NCBI GenBank assembly: GCA_965203055.1
Contig: OZ241863.1
Coordinates: forward strand, 4,448,001 to 4,512,000
Length of the DNA: 64,000 bases
Reading direction: 5' to 3'
Source: Spirochaetia bacterium
GTDB lineage: Bacteria > Spirochaetota > Spirochaetia > SZUA-6 > Bin103
The notes under the pieces were generated by a model that was given only the letters and a program-made list of their open reading frames with translations, was not told the origin of the DNA and ran no database searches. The translations under genes and the position numbers were made by a program. Shown here piece by piece: positions 18,064 to 28,800 of this stretch. How positions within the stretch are numbered: the first letter of the stretch is position 1; each line of letters begins with the position of its first letter.

Positions 18064-19008
18064 TCAGCACTGCGCCACCACCCGCGGCCCCGCGCTATTG
18101 ATCTCCGACACGTACACCGCGGCGTCGAGCCCCGCCGCGGCGAATGCCTGCTGCATCGCCGCCCCCGCGGCCGCGGCCTGCGCCGCGCTCGCCGCCAGCG
18201 CGAATACCGCCGGCCCGGCGCCCGAAATGGAGCAGCCGATGGCGCCGCCGCCGAGCGCCGCCTCCTTCACCGTGCGGAAGCCGGGAATCAGCACCGCGCG
18301 CACCGGCTCCGCCACCACGTCGCACAGCGAGCGGCCCATCAGCGCCAGATCGCCGGTGTACAGCGATGCCACCAGCGCCGCCAGATTGCCCCACTGGGCG
18401 ACTGCGTCGGTCAACGGGATGCGCTTGCGCAGGATGCGCCGCGCCGCTTCGGTGGGAATCTCCACGTCGGGACTGAGCAGCGCTGCGGCGAGCCCGTCCG
18501 GTACCGGCAGCCGCACCACGTCCAGCGGGTCGCTGCTGCGGATCAGGACGAATCCGCCCAGCAGCGCGGGCGCGGCGTTGTCGGCATGCCCTGCGCCCGC
18601 CGCCACCCGTTCCGCCGCCAGGGCGCAGGGCAGCAGTTCCTCGGCCGCCAGCGGTTCGCCCGCCAACCGGTTCACCGCGCACAGGGCGGCCGCGGCGCTG
18701 GCCGCGGAGCTGCCCAGGCCGGAAGCCAGCGGCATCCCCTTGTGCAGCACCAGCTCGACCCCGAACGGCTGGCCGAGGCGCTCCAGCAAGGCTTGCGCCG
18801 CCACCACCGCGGTATTGGCGCTGCCACGCGGCAGGCGCCCGCCGTCGCCGGTAACGCCGCGCAGCGTCACGCCGCGGCCCGCGCTGCGGCGCGCCTCCAC
18901 GGTATCGCCCGGATGGGCCACGGCGAAGCCCAGCACGTCGAACCCGGAGGCCACGTTGGCGACCGTGGCGGGGGCGAACGCCCGCACCGCCCGCGGCAGC
19001 GGCTTCAT
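18064..19008 (-). CDS. thrB: Homoserine kinase
   Basis: APATVANVASGFDVLG, KGMPLASGLGSSAAS, HADNAAP, ISGAGP; ATG at 19008 overlaps the upstream stop. Confidence 0.95.
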   Translation of the reverse strand: MKPLPRAVRAFAPATVANVASGFDVLGFAVAHPGDTVEARRSAGRGVTLRGVTGDGGRLPRGSANTAVVAAQALLERLGQPFGVELVLHKGMPLASGLGSSAASAAAALCAVNRLAGEPLAAEELLPCALAAERVAAGAGHADNAAPALLGGFVLIRSSDPLDVVRLPVPDGLAAALLSPDVEIPTEAARRILRKRIPLTDAVAQWGNLAALVASLYTGDLALMGRSLCDVVAEPVRAVLIPGFRTVKEAALGGGAIGCSISGAGPAVFALAASAAQAAAAGAAMQQAFAAAGLDAAVYVSEINSAGPRVVAQC

Positions 19009-20390
19009 GGATCGAGAAACGCCGCATGGATCACCTGCAGCGCGCGGCGTTCGTCGCCGGCCTCCAGCACTAGCGAGATGTTGCGTTCCGAGGAGCCCTG
19101 GGCGATGGCCAGCACATTGATGTGATGGGCGCCGAGCGCGGCGAACAACTTCCCGGCGATGCCCGGGGTGCCGCGCATGTTTTCGCCGATGATGGCCACG
19201 ATGGCAAGGTTCCGGCGCAGGTCGAAGGTGTCGATGCGCCTCGTTTCCAGCTCCAGCGCCAGCTCCGAGCGCAGCGCGGCCAGGGCGGTATCGGCCTCCG
19301 CAGCGTCCAGCACCAGGCAGATGCTGTGTTCCGAAGACGCCTGGGAAATCATCATCACGTTGACCGCGGCCCGCGCCAGGGCCCCCAGCACGCGCGCCGC
19401 GGTGCCGCGGGCGCCCAGCATGCCGCCGCCCTCCACGTTGATCAGGGCGATGGAGTCGACCGACGCAATGCCGGTAATGGCCCGTTCCGAGCCGCTCGGC
19501 TGATCGGTCACGCGGGTGCCGGGCCGGCGCGGGCGCAAGGTGTTCCTGATGTGGATCGGAATGGCGCGCTCCACCACCGGCACCATGGTGTAGGGATGGA
19601 TCACGCGCGCGCCGAAGTAGGACATCTCCATCGCTTCCTGGTAGCTGAGCTGGCTGATCACGAACGCCGCCGGAACGTAGCGCGGGTCGGCGCTCATGAC
19701 GCCGTCGACGTCGGTCCAGATCTCCAGTTCGTCGGCGTGCAGCGCGGCGGCGATGAGCGACGCGGTGTAGTCGGACCCGTCCCGTCCCAGGGTAGTGGTC
19801 ACCCCTTCCGCGGTGGCGCCGATGAAGCCGGGGACCACGCAGGCGGTCCGCGCCAGCGGCTGCAGTGCCTCGCGGACCCGTCCGTAGGTGGCTTCGAACT
19901 GCACCGCGGCGTTGCCGTGGCGGGAGTCGGTGAGGATCAACTCGCGCGCATCCACCAGGCGCGTCTCCATGCCCCGGTCGGCCAGCAGCCGGCTGGCAAT
20001 GGCCGTCATCAACCGCTCGCCGAAGCTCATCACCAGATCCAGGGTGCGCGGCGAACACTCCCGCAGCAGGCTCACGCCGTGCAGTACCTCGTCCAGCTCC
20101 GCCAACAGGAGCTGCAGCGTGGTCAGGATCGTTGCCTGGGCGCGCGGCGGACACAGGTCGCGGACCACCCCCACGTGCCGGGCGCGGATCGCTTCCACCG
20201 CCGCGCGCGGGTCGCTGCCGCCGGCCGCGGCCTGCGCCGCGTCGATCAGCACGTCGGTGGTGCCTCCCATGGCGGAGAACACCGCCACGCCGCCAGCCGC
20301 CAGCCGCTCCTGCGCAACGTGCATGGCCTGCTGCAGGCGCTCGCTGTCGGCCAGCGAACTGCCGCCGAATTTCACTACCCTGCCGCTCAC
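19005..20390 (-). CDS. Aspartate kinase (AK + two ACT domains, no homoserine dehydrogenase domain)
   Basis: VVKFGGSS, TTLGRDGSDYTA, WTDVDGVMSADPR, SQASSEHSI, AQGSSERNIS. Confidence 0.93.
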   Translation of the reverse strand: MSGRVVKFGGSSLADSERLQQAMHVAQERLAAGGVAVFSAMGGTTDVLIDAAQAAAGGSDPRAAVEAIRARHVGVVRDLCPPRAQATILTTLQLLLAELDEVLHGVSLLRECSPRTLDLVMSFGERLMTAIASRLLADRGMETRLVDARELILTDSRHGNAAVQFEATYGRVREALQPLARTACVVPGFIGATAEGVTTTLGRDGSDYTASLIAAALHADELEIWTDVDGVMSADPRYVPAAFVISQLSYQEAMEMSYFGARVIHPYTMVPVVERAIPIHIRNTLRPRRPGTRVTDQPSGSERAITGIASVDSIALINVEGGGMLGARGTAARVLGALARAAVNVMMISQASSEHSICLVLDAAEADTALAALRSELALELETRRIDTFDLRRNLAIVAIIGENMRGTPGIAGKLFAALGAHHINVLAIAQGSSERNISLVLEAGDERRALQVIHAAFLDP

Positions 20391-20447
20391 CGCGTCCCTT
20401 CGCCCGCGTACCGTACCCAATGCCGCCGTGAGGAGTCTTGCCGGCGG

Positions 20448-21497
20448 CTAATCGTGGTAGTAACGCCGATACCAGGCGACGAAGTGCTTCACGCCCTCGC
20501 GCAGCGGTGTCTCCGGCATGAAGCCGATCTCCTCGCGCAACGCCGTGCAATCGGCCCAGGTCTGCTTTACGTCACCCGGTTGCAGCGGAACTTTCTTCAC
20601 CTGGGCCTTCGTCCCCAGCTCTTCCTCCAGGGTGGTCACGAAATCGCCGAGGGATACCGGCGAGCCGTTGCCGACGTTGTATACCCGCGCCGGAGCGGGA
20701 GACACCGACGACTGGCGCCCGTCCCACGCGGCATCGCCCCGCGGCGGGCGCTCTCCCACGCGCAGCACCGCCTTGACCACGTCGTCCACGTAGGTGTAGT
20801 CGCGCCGCATGTCGCCGTAGTTGAACAGCTCGATCGGCGCGCCGCTCAGGATCGCTTTGGTGAAGCTGAACAGGGCCATGTCCGGCCGGCCCCAGGGGCC
20901 GTAGACGGTAAAGAAGCGCAGGCCGGTGGTGGGTATGGCGAACAGATGCGAGTAGCTGTGCGCCATCAGCTCGTTGGAACGTTTCGAGGCGGCGTACAGG
21001 CTGACCGGATGATCTGCGGCGCCGGCCTCGCCGAATGGTTGCAACCGGTCCAGACCGTAGACCGAGCTGGACGAAGCGTATACCAGATGGCCGACGGGGT
21101 GCCGGCGGGCCGCTTCCAGAATGCTGAGAAAGCCATTGACGTTGCTCGCCAGGTACGCCCACGGATCCGACAGCGAGTGCCTGACTCCTGCCTGCGCGGC
21201 CAGGTGGTATACCAGTTCGAACTTCTCGTCGGAGAAGAGGGAAAGAACGCGCTCCGCGGCCCCCAGATCGAGCCGCAGAAACCGCAGGCTCGCCCCATTC
21301 GCCGGCCTCGTCCCGCCGGTCCGGCTGCCTGGTTCCTCGGCGGCGATGCCAAGCTCGCGCAGTCGGTCAAGCTTCAACCGTACGTCGTAATGACCTTTGA
21401 GATTGTCGATTCCCACCACGTCGTGTCCCTGCTCGACCAGCCGCCGGGCCACGTGGTACCCGATGAAGCCGGCCACGCCGGTGACGAGGATCTTCAT
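20448..21497 (-). CDS. NAD-dependent epimerase (UDP-glucuronate 4-epimerase-like)
   Basis: MKILVTGVAGFIG, HLAAQAGVR, YAASK, RFFTVYGPWGRPDMA. Confidence 0.93.
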   Translation of the reverse strand: MKILVTGVAGFIGYHVARRLVEQGHDVVGIDNLKGHYDVRLKLDRLRELGIAAEEPGSRTGGTRPANGASLRFLRLDLGAAERVLSLFSDEKFELVYHLAAQAGVRHSLSDPWAYLASNVNGFLSILEAARRHPVGHLVYASSSSVYGLDRLQPFGEAGAADHPVSLYAASKRSNELMAHSYSHLFAIPTTGLRFFTVYGPWGRPDMALFSFTKAILSGAPIELFNYGDMRRDYTYVDDVVKAVLRVGERPPRGDAAWDGRQSSVSPAPARVYNVGNGSPVSLGDFVTTLEEELGTKAQVKKVPLQPGDVKQTWADCTALREEIGFMPETPLREGVKHFVAWYRRYYHD

Positions 21498-21711
21498 GCC
21501 GGCAATATCGTCCTTACTACCGCCATGAAGCAAGCTTACCGGTCATGCGCGTTCAAGGGCCGCCGCGCCGGGAGGACGCCTGAAGGATGACGCGTACCGA
21601 ACCCGGCGGTCCGGAGGGCCACCGCGTGAGGATGGGCGCGCCGCGCTGATGGCCGCCAGACGGCGGCGCCCGTCGAGGCGGTCCCGGCGCGGCTCGTGGC
21701 GAAGGCAGCGC

Positions 21712-21737
21712 TACTCATAGTCTGTAGACTCAAAGGC
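21712..21737 (+). promoter_or_regulatory. C-box double operator (PvuII type)
   Basis: TACTCATAGTC-TGTA-GACTCAAAGGC fits GACT-N3-AGTC-TGTA-GACT-N3-AGTC with two mismatches, ~30 bp upstream of the C-protein gene. Confidence 0.85.
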
Positions 21738-21768
21738 GTCTTGCCAATTGTAGTGAGCTCGTTCTCAG

Positions 21769-22014
21769 ATGGGTGACAGAAAGCTCCGGCGGCCAAGTCG
21801 AGAATTGACACAGATACTTGCATCCAACATACGATCATTGAGAAGGCAAAAGAATCTGTCACAGGAAGAACTCGCTGACACCTGCAACCTGCATCGTACC
21901 TACGTCGGATCAGTGGAGCGAGGAGAGCGCAACGTTACGCTAAGTACCCTGGAAACCCTCGCCCAAGCGCTGAGCGTAACAGTACTCGATCTACTGACCA
22001 AGAAGAACGTTTAA
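21769..22014 (+). CDS. R-M controller (C) protein, XRE HTH
   Basis: LSQEELADTCNLHRTYVGSVERGERNVTLSTLETLA; the HRTY motif is typical of C proteins; directly upstream of the REase. Confidence 0.9.
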   Translation: MGDRKLRRPSRELTQILASNIRSLRRQKNLSQEELADTCNLHRTYVGSVERGERNVTLSTLETLAQALSVTVLDLLTKKNV

Positions 22015-22017
22015 GAT

Positions 22018-23064
22018 ATGGCATACCGAGATTCCGTACCACATCGTTACTATCACGCGATAAGAGACAGTAAGTTAACGATATATGATCCCATTGACGT
22101 GGGAGACCCGGGTCTTTGGATTCCCACCAACGAACTGGGACGGTTACTTGACCAGACGCTGGGAGGACTCTCCCTTACAGGACTTCCCCCAAGAACCCGA
22201 TCCAAGTACGTGAAAGAATGCATTTGCAAGGCGCTTGGCTATCCGATTCCGAAGAGTTTCCGTAAGACAAAGCCACGTTTTCCGTGTCAACGTTTTGACG
22301 TCTACGTTCAGAAATCAAGCAATCTTCAGATCTGGAATGAAGAGTTGGAGCTGACGCGGCGCTACGTGATCGTGTGTGTTGCAAAGAACGACGTAGTGAC
22401 AGCAGTCAAGGTTGTCACTGGATCGGATTTGATGCTTCTCGACACGACCGGAACTCGCACTCAGAAATACCAGGCACGGATGATTTCAGGAGCAGACCAA
22501 GTTGAACTTGCCGCCGGCGATACCGACGTCCTTCGAAAAGTAGTCCAACCTCGCGTCATCGCAGGCCCCGATTCCAGTCCCCTCGAGCGTCCTCGGAAGG
22601 GACAGATTATGCCAATCGACGAGATCTTCGATAGATTGCGGTCCATGGTCGGCTTGAGCTTTGACTACCTCGGGTCTGATCAAGAACGTAACCGCGGCGG
22701 TGCTCTGCATGCTCTCGTATGCCAGCGTCTCGGTTATGACGATTTTCAAGACGATGGTCAATTTCCCGATCTTCCTCATCAGCTACTAGAAATCAAGTTG
22801 CAGACGTCGCGTACCATCGATCTGGGATTGGTACTTCCGAGCAGCGCCGATGCCCTCGATATGCCGATGATCGACGATATACGGATCCGTATATGTGACG
22901 TCAGATATGCCCTATTCTTCGCGGTCAAGGAGAACGACAGAGTCGTTCTTACCCATCTGGTTATGACAACAGGAGAGCGGTTCTTTGATCGGTTTCCATT
23001 GTTCAAGGGCAATCTATTGAATACGAAGATGCAGATACTGCTACCGGTCGACTTCTTCGGGTAA
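22018..23064 (+). CDS. Type II restriction endonuclease (putative)
   Basis: PD-(D/E)xK-like GQFPDLPHQLLEIKLQT; lies between the C gene and a convergent methylase. Confidence 0.8.
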   Translation: MAYRDSVPHRYYHAIRDSKLTIYDPIDVGDPGLWIPTNELGRLLDQTLGGLSLTGLPPRTRSKYVKECICKALGYPIPKSFRKTKPRFPCQRFDVYVQKSSNLQIWNEELELTRRYVIVCVAKNDVVTAVKVVTGSDLMLLDTTGTRTQKYQARMISGADQVELAAGDTDVLRKVVQPRVIAGPDSSPLERPRKGQIMPIDEIFDRLRSMVGLSFDYLGSDQERNRGGALHALVCQRLGYDDFQDDGQFPDLPHQLLEIKLQTSRTIDLGLVLPSSADALDMPMIDDIRIRICDVRYALFFAVKENDRVVLTHLVMTTGERFFDRFPLFKGNLLNTKMQILLPVDFFG

Positions 23065-24798
23065 GCCGAACGAATTCCAGACCAGGGAGTTCAGTTCGTC
23101 GCGTAGCTTTTTCTCATCAGGCGACGGGATACTGTGATATAGCGACTTGGACTTGGAGATGATCTCCATTCCGGTAGTAGTAGTAGGATCCGGCAATGGA
23201 AAGTTTTCGACGTACTGCGTCATGAATCTGCGTCGGCCCGCGTATAGTTTGTTGTGAAAGCGGTAGTCGTAGAAGCGCGCAACGAAGGTGGAGTTGCCGA
23301 CGGCGGCGGCGAGCCACAAGAGGTCATATCTCGTCGGATCGTCGGCGGCCATCCAGTAACAGTCACCGTTCACGACCGAACCGTTGAGGTCGATCCAGAA
23401 CGTCGGGTCGTCGGTGATGTCGCGGAACACCAGCTTGGGTCTTTGCCACGCTTCCGGACTCTGAGGCACCCAGATTTCATACCATTGGCGGCCGGCCGCT
23501 TTGAGGTAATGGCGGTCTTGGAGGGTCGAGCGATGAGTCTCGAGGTAGGCGCGACTACGGGGATACCGTGTCAGATCGACAGCCTTGCGCCTTCCGTCGA
23601 CAGTCTTGTGAGGATACAATATCTGGTGAGCGGAAGCATGAGGCTTGAAGTGCCGGGCGGTGTGGTGAGTGATGAGAGGACGCAGGAGCTCGGGCCGTTG
23701 CGAGTCGGGGAATTCGTGCCAATCGCTGCGTATGAACACCCGGTCGGCGCATGTCTTGACCCCGACGCGGATCTTTCCGATTTCTCGAAATCTGGACCAA
23801 GTGTGCGCGGATACCGTTGCCAGCCATTCGTCAACGTCGGGTGTAGCAAGTCGCCAAACGCCGCCGGCCGCGCCGGCAGTGTCGAGCGTGCCGTGTCTGA
23901 CCTGAAACGATCGTCCATCCTCGGTACCGACGAGGCCCTCCAGAGCGACAGCGGTAAGGGGATCGGAGACCTGCCGAGTGGCAGGGCGTGATGTTTCATA
24001 GATGGACGTGAAGGGAGTATCGGTTATACCGTGAGTTTTCTTGCCTTGCAGAATCAAGACAGCAGGAAGGACGGCGGCGTCGAATAACTTGGTGTCGCCC
24101 AAGTCCCAGGCCCGATGGATATTCAGCCGCTCGAGAAGCGCTCGCCGCACCGTGGAGCCTGATCGAACAGTCATAAAGCGGTTGGAGATGATGAGGCCGG
24201 CGATTCCATTCGGATGCAACGCATGCGAAATGGCGATGATGAACGCATAGTAGAGATCGTGGCGCCCGGTCAAGCCAAACTGTCGAGCAAGGATACGGGC
24301 GTTTCGAGCTCCCATTATCTGAGTCCTGACGTACGGTGGATTAGCGATTATTACGTCGTATTGTGATGGACCTGGTTCACAAAACAGGTTGGTTTGGTTG
24401 TCGATGAGGAAGTTTTCGAGGACGAAAGAAAGGAAATCCGTGTGACGTAAATCAAGTGATATTCCGGGGAATATCCGTAGCCTGTCGTGCGCCAGTTCGA
24501 GAGCGCGCAGGTCGGTCTCGAATCCGCAGACTTCGACGTTGGAGATGGAGAGACGTTGCAGGTGTTGCAGCAAGCTCACCAGGAGTTCACCGTGGCCGAC
24601 GGCAGGATCGAGGAGCCGCAGCGGATTGCCGCCGGATCGTACGAGGCCGGTCCGGACGATCTGGCGGGCAACGAAATCGGCGAGCACGCTCGGAGTGTAA
24701 GTAACGCCGTCCGATTTTCCGCGGCCGACGTGATCGTAGCGGAGAGAACGGTTCACGTCAGTACCGACTTGCGGAGGGGTGGCCGGCTCGGCGTTCAT
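23041..24798 (-). CDS. N6-adenine DNA methyltransferase, gamma class, M.BseCI/M.BanIII-like
   Basis: YTP...LLDPAVGHGELL, IIANPPYVRTQIMG, DLGDTKLFDAAVLPA, WYEIWVP, NKLYAGRRRFMTQYV; strongly resembles M.BseCI as recalled. Confidence 0.9.
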   Translation of the reverse strand: MNAEPATPPQVGTDVNRSLRYDHVGRGKSDGVTYTPSVLADFVARQIVRTGLVRSGGNPLRLLDPAVGHGELLVSLLQHLQRLSISNVEVCGFETDLRALELAHDRLRIFPGISLDLRHTDFLSFVLENFLIDNQTNLFCEPGPSQYDVIIANPPYVRTQIMGARNARILARQFGLTGRHDLYYAFIIAISHALHPNGIAGLIISNRFMTVRSGSTVRRALLERLNIHRAWDLGDTKLFDAAVLPAVLILQGKKTHGITDTPFTSIYETSRPATRQVSDPLTAVALEGLVGTEDGRSFQVRHGTLDTAGAAGGVWRLATPDVDEWLATVSAHTWSRFREIGKIRVGVKTCADRVFIRSDWHEFPDSQRPELLRPLITHHTARHFKPHASAHQILYPHKTVDGRRKAVDLTRYPRSRAYLETHRSTLQDRHYLKAAGRQWYEIWVPQSPEAWQRPKLVFRDITDDPTFWIDLNGSVVNGDCYWMAADDPTRYDLLWLAAAVGNSTFVARFYDYRFHNKLYAGRRRFMTQYVENFPLPDPTTTTGMEIISKSKSLYHSIPSPDEKKLRDELNSLVWNSFGLPEEVDR

Positions 24799-25673
24799 TG
24801 CGCGGCGCCTCTACCGCCGGCTTTGAGCTCGGCGAGTTCTTCCGTAAGCCAGTCGTGGAAGGCCTTGACTGCCGGCCGGCCGCGCAGATGCGAGGGTGTC
24901 AGCAGCCAATAGGAATCTTTGCTCGGCATGCTCTCGGCGATGGGGCGCACCAAGTGTCCCTCCTTCAGATCGCGATGGGCAAGCAGGGTGTCGGTGATGG
25001 CCACGCCGAGGCCGATGCGCGCGGCTTCGAAGATCAACGTCTGGCTGAACCGCGGGCCGGCGTCGGCGTCGATGCCATTGATGCCCACGGCCTTGAGGAA
25101 GGTGGACCAATCCACCCAACCCCAACCCTCCCGGAGCCATTCGTAGTGCAGGAGGGTAGCTTCGGCCAAGCTGAAGTTTTTCGCGACCTCCTCGTTGCAT
25201 ACGGGAAAGAACTCCACGTCGGTCAGCTTCTCGGCGTTCGGGCCGTCGAACCGCCCCCACTCGATGGTCAGCGCTGTGTCGGGCGACGTCTTCGCGGTGA
25301 CGATGTCGTGGACGACGACGTTGATGCCGGGCAGATTGCCCAGGCCCGGCATCAGCCACGCCACCGCGAAGATCGGCGGGACCCGGACGATGATGGTCTC
25401 GCGGTCCGAAGAGCGGCGCAGTGGTTCGACCGTCTCCTGGATCTGCGCGAACGCGGGATCCAGTCCCTTCCACAGGTGCTCGCCGGTGCTGGTGAGGCGC
25501 ACTCCGCGTCCTTCCCGGCTGAAGAGCGGTTGGCCGAAATCGCGTTCGAGCGCCCGTATCTGGCGGCTGACCGCGCTGGGAGTGACGAACAGCGCATGCG
25601 CCGCGGCCGTCACCGAGCCAAGCCGGGCGACCGTCACGAAGGCGTGCATGGCGTTGAGCGAGGGCAAGCCCAT
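24795..25673 (-). CDS. LysR-family regulator (GcvA-like)
   Basis: LPSLNAMHAFVTVARLGSVTAAAHALFVTPSAVSRQIRALE; C-terminal substrate-binding domain. Confidence 0.93.
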   Translation of the reverse strand: MGLPSLNAMHAFVTVARLGSVTAAAHALFVTPSAVSRQIRALERDFGQPLFSREGRGVRLTSTGEHLWKGLDPAFAQIQETVEPLRRSSDRETIIVRVPPIFAVAWLMPGLGNLPGINVVVHDIVTAKTSPDTALTIEWGRFDGPNAEKLTDVEFFPVCNEEVAKNFSLAEATLLHYEWLREGWGWVDWSTFLKAVGINGIDADAGPRFSQTLIFEAARIGLGVAITDTLLAHRDLKEGHLVRPIAESMPSKDSYWLLTPSHLRGRPAVKAFHDWLTEELAELKAGGRGAAQ

Positions 25674-25851
25674 CAGCGTTCGATCCGTGAGTTTTTGGAA
25701 TACCGTGTCATCGTAGAAATCAGTTGACCGCCGTTTTGCAGTCCCTTACCTCAAAGGCACTGCTGGGCGAGATGGCGCTGGCGCGCGTCCCCTACCCGTA
25801 ACTTACCGCAGTAACAACGAAATAACCAAATAGACGCAAGACAAGTAGATC

Positions 25852-28800
25852 ATGGGGATGAAGCGGCAGTGCGTGAGCAGGATAACCGTTGGCGCGCTCC
25901 TTGCCAGAGGGGGCAGCGGCCGGGAGAGGGGTAACCTGACCCTGACCCTGGCGGCGCTGGCGCTGCTGCTGTCCGCCCTGCCGGCCGCGGGGCAGACCGG
26001 CGTGACCTCCGATCCGGTGGTGAGCGGCCTGCGCATCACCTCCAGCCCGGCTTCCGGCGGCGCCTACCGGGCCGGCGAGACGATCACCGCGGAGGTGACC
26101 TTCGACCAGACGCTGGCGGTCACCGGAACGCCGCGCCTCGCCATCGCCGTGGGGGCCGCCACGCGCCAGGCGTCGGGCAGCCACACGGCTGGCGAGAGCA
26201 GGATTTCGTTCAGCTACACCGCGGCGACCGACGACAAGGATACCGACGGCATCTCCATCGCCGCCGGCGCGCTGACGCTGAACGGCGCCACCATCCGCAA
26301 CGCCAAGGGGGAGGACGCGCGGCTCGGGCTCGGCGCCCACGCCGTCGCCGCGCAGCCCGGCCACAAGGTCTCCGCCCCGCCGCGGGTGACCGGGGTGCGT
26401 CTGCTCACGACCAACTTGCGGTGCTGCTGGGGCGTCCGGCCGGCCGGCTGGGAGGATCCCCGGCAGACCGACGAGAACCTGTACCCGCCGAGCCTGGTGC
26501 TGGCCGAGGTCACGTTCGACCAACCGGTGGCCGTCAGCGGCACGCCGCAGGTGGCGCTCACCATCGGCGCCAACACCCGCCAAGCGACCTGGAACGCGTT
26601 TCTCAGCCGGCTCGTCCACCCCACCGCGAATGCGCACGGCGCCGAGGACATCGACGTCATGGCGTTCTACTACGAGCTGCAGGCGTCGGACTTCGACGGC
26701 GACGGCATCGGCGCCGCCGCCGACGCGCTGGCGCTGAACGGCGGGACGATCCGCGACGCCGAGGGTGAAGACGCGGCGCTTGGCCTCGGCAGCCACGCCA
26801 TCGCCAATCAGGCGAGCCTGCGGGTGGCGGACACCGCGCCCTCCTTCGCCGCCGCGGAAGACCGGCGCTACCTCCTGAACCTGCGGGCCAACGACCGGCT
26901 GCCGGCGGCGACCGGCGACGGCGCGCTGACCTACGCGCTGACCGGGCCGGGCGCGGCCACGACGCTGTCCCTGCCCCGGGGCCTGTCGTGGAACGCCGCC
27001 GCGCGCACCATCTCCGGCACGCCGGCCGGCGCGGCCGCCGCGGCCCCCTACACGCTCACCGCCACCGACGTCGACGGCGACACCGGGACGCTGACCTTCG
27101 CCCTCTCGGTGGTGACGGATCCGGTGGTGAGCGGCGTGAGCGTCACCTCCAGCCCGGCCGCCGGCGACGCCTACGCCGCCGGCGAGACGATCACGGTCGA
27201 CGTGACCTTCGACCAGCCGGTGACGGTGACCGGCGCGCCGGAGCTGGCGCTCACCATCGGCAGCAAGCTCCGGCAGGCGACGGGAAGCCCTGCTGCCAAC
27301 CGGCGCACGGTTTCGTTCAGCTACCCGGTGGCGACCGGCGACCGCGATACGGACGGCATCTCCATCACCGGCAGCGCGCTGACGATCGCCGGCGCGACCA
27401 TCCGCAACGCCAAGGGCGAGAACGCGCGCCTCGGGCTGGGCGGCCACGCCGTCGCCGGCGCCGCCGGCCACAAGGTCTCGACGCCGCCCCGCGTCGCGCA
27501 GGTGAACCTCCACACGACCGACATGAAGTGCTGCTGGAGCCGGCATGACCCCGGCTGGGCGGACCCGCGGCAGACGGAGCGCAACCGCTTCGCCCCCGCC
27601 GTGGTGTGGGCGGCGGTGACGTTCGACCAGGCGCTGGTGTTCGCCGGCACCGGCCGGCCGAGCCTGGCGCTCACCATCGGCGGCGCGACCCGGCAGGCGG
27701 CCTTCGACCGCTACCTGAGCCGCCAGACCGCGCGGATGCTGGGCAAGAGCAACAGCCAGGTGCTCGCATTCTTCTACACCCTGCAGCCGTCGGACTTCGA
27801 CGGGGACGGCATCGGCGTGGCGGCCGGCGCGCTGACGCTGCCGGCGGGCACGACCTTGCGCGACGCGCAGGGCGAGGCGGCCGTGCTCGGCCTTGGCACC
27901 CACGCCATCGCCAACGACCCGAACTATCGGGTGGCGGACACCTCGCCCTCCTTCGGCTCGGCGGCGGTCCAGCCGCAGCACTGGGTGGCCGGGGCCGTGT
28001 CGTCGCTCACCCTGCCGGCGGCGGCCGGGGACGGCGCCGTCTCCCATGCGCTCACCCCGGCGCAACGGCCGTCCTGGTTGAAGTTCGATGCCGCGACCCG
28101 CGTGCTGTCCGGCACGCCCCCGGCGGCCGCGGCGGCCGCGGCGCGCACCGGCTACACCTGGACCGCGACCGACGTCGACGGCGACTCGACGGCGTTGACC
28201 TTCACCCTCACCGTGGCCGCGGCCAACGCGCCGAAGGTCGCGGAGGTCAAGCTCCTCTCCAGCCCGGCGGCGCATGCCATGTACGCGCCGGGCAGCGCGA
28301 TCGAGGTGGGGGTCAAGTTCGACAAGTCGGTGAGCGTGAGGGGTACGCCGACCCTGGCGTTGGACGTCGGCGGCGCGGCGCGGCAGGCAAACTACACCGC
28401 GCTGCGGAACGGCTACCTGGTGTTCTCCTACACCGTGCGGCAGGCGGACTACGACACCGACGGCGTGAGCATCGGCGCGGGCGCGCTGGCGGCGCCCGCC
28501 CGCGGCGGCATCTTCGACAAGGCCAACGCCGCGGTGGCGGCGCTGGGTCTCGGCTCCCACACCATCGCCAACGCCAGCGGCCACAAGGTGGGCAGTCCGC
28601 CGCGGGTCACCGGCGTGAGCATCCATTCCACGCCGCCGCAGGCGGGCACCTATACCAGGGGCGCGACGGTCACGGTCCAGGTCGACTTCGACCAGACGGT
28701 GACGGTGACGGGAACGCCGCAACTGGCATTGACGATCGGCGGCGCGACCCGGCAGGCGAGCGCCATGGCGGAGAGCGGCGCGGGCGTGAGCCGCTCCCGG

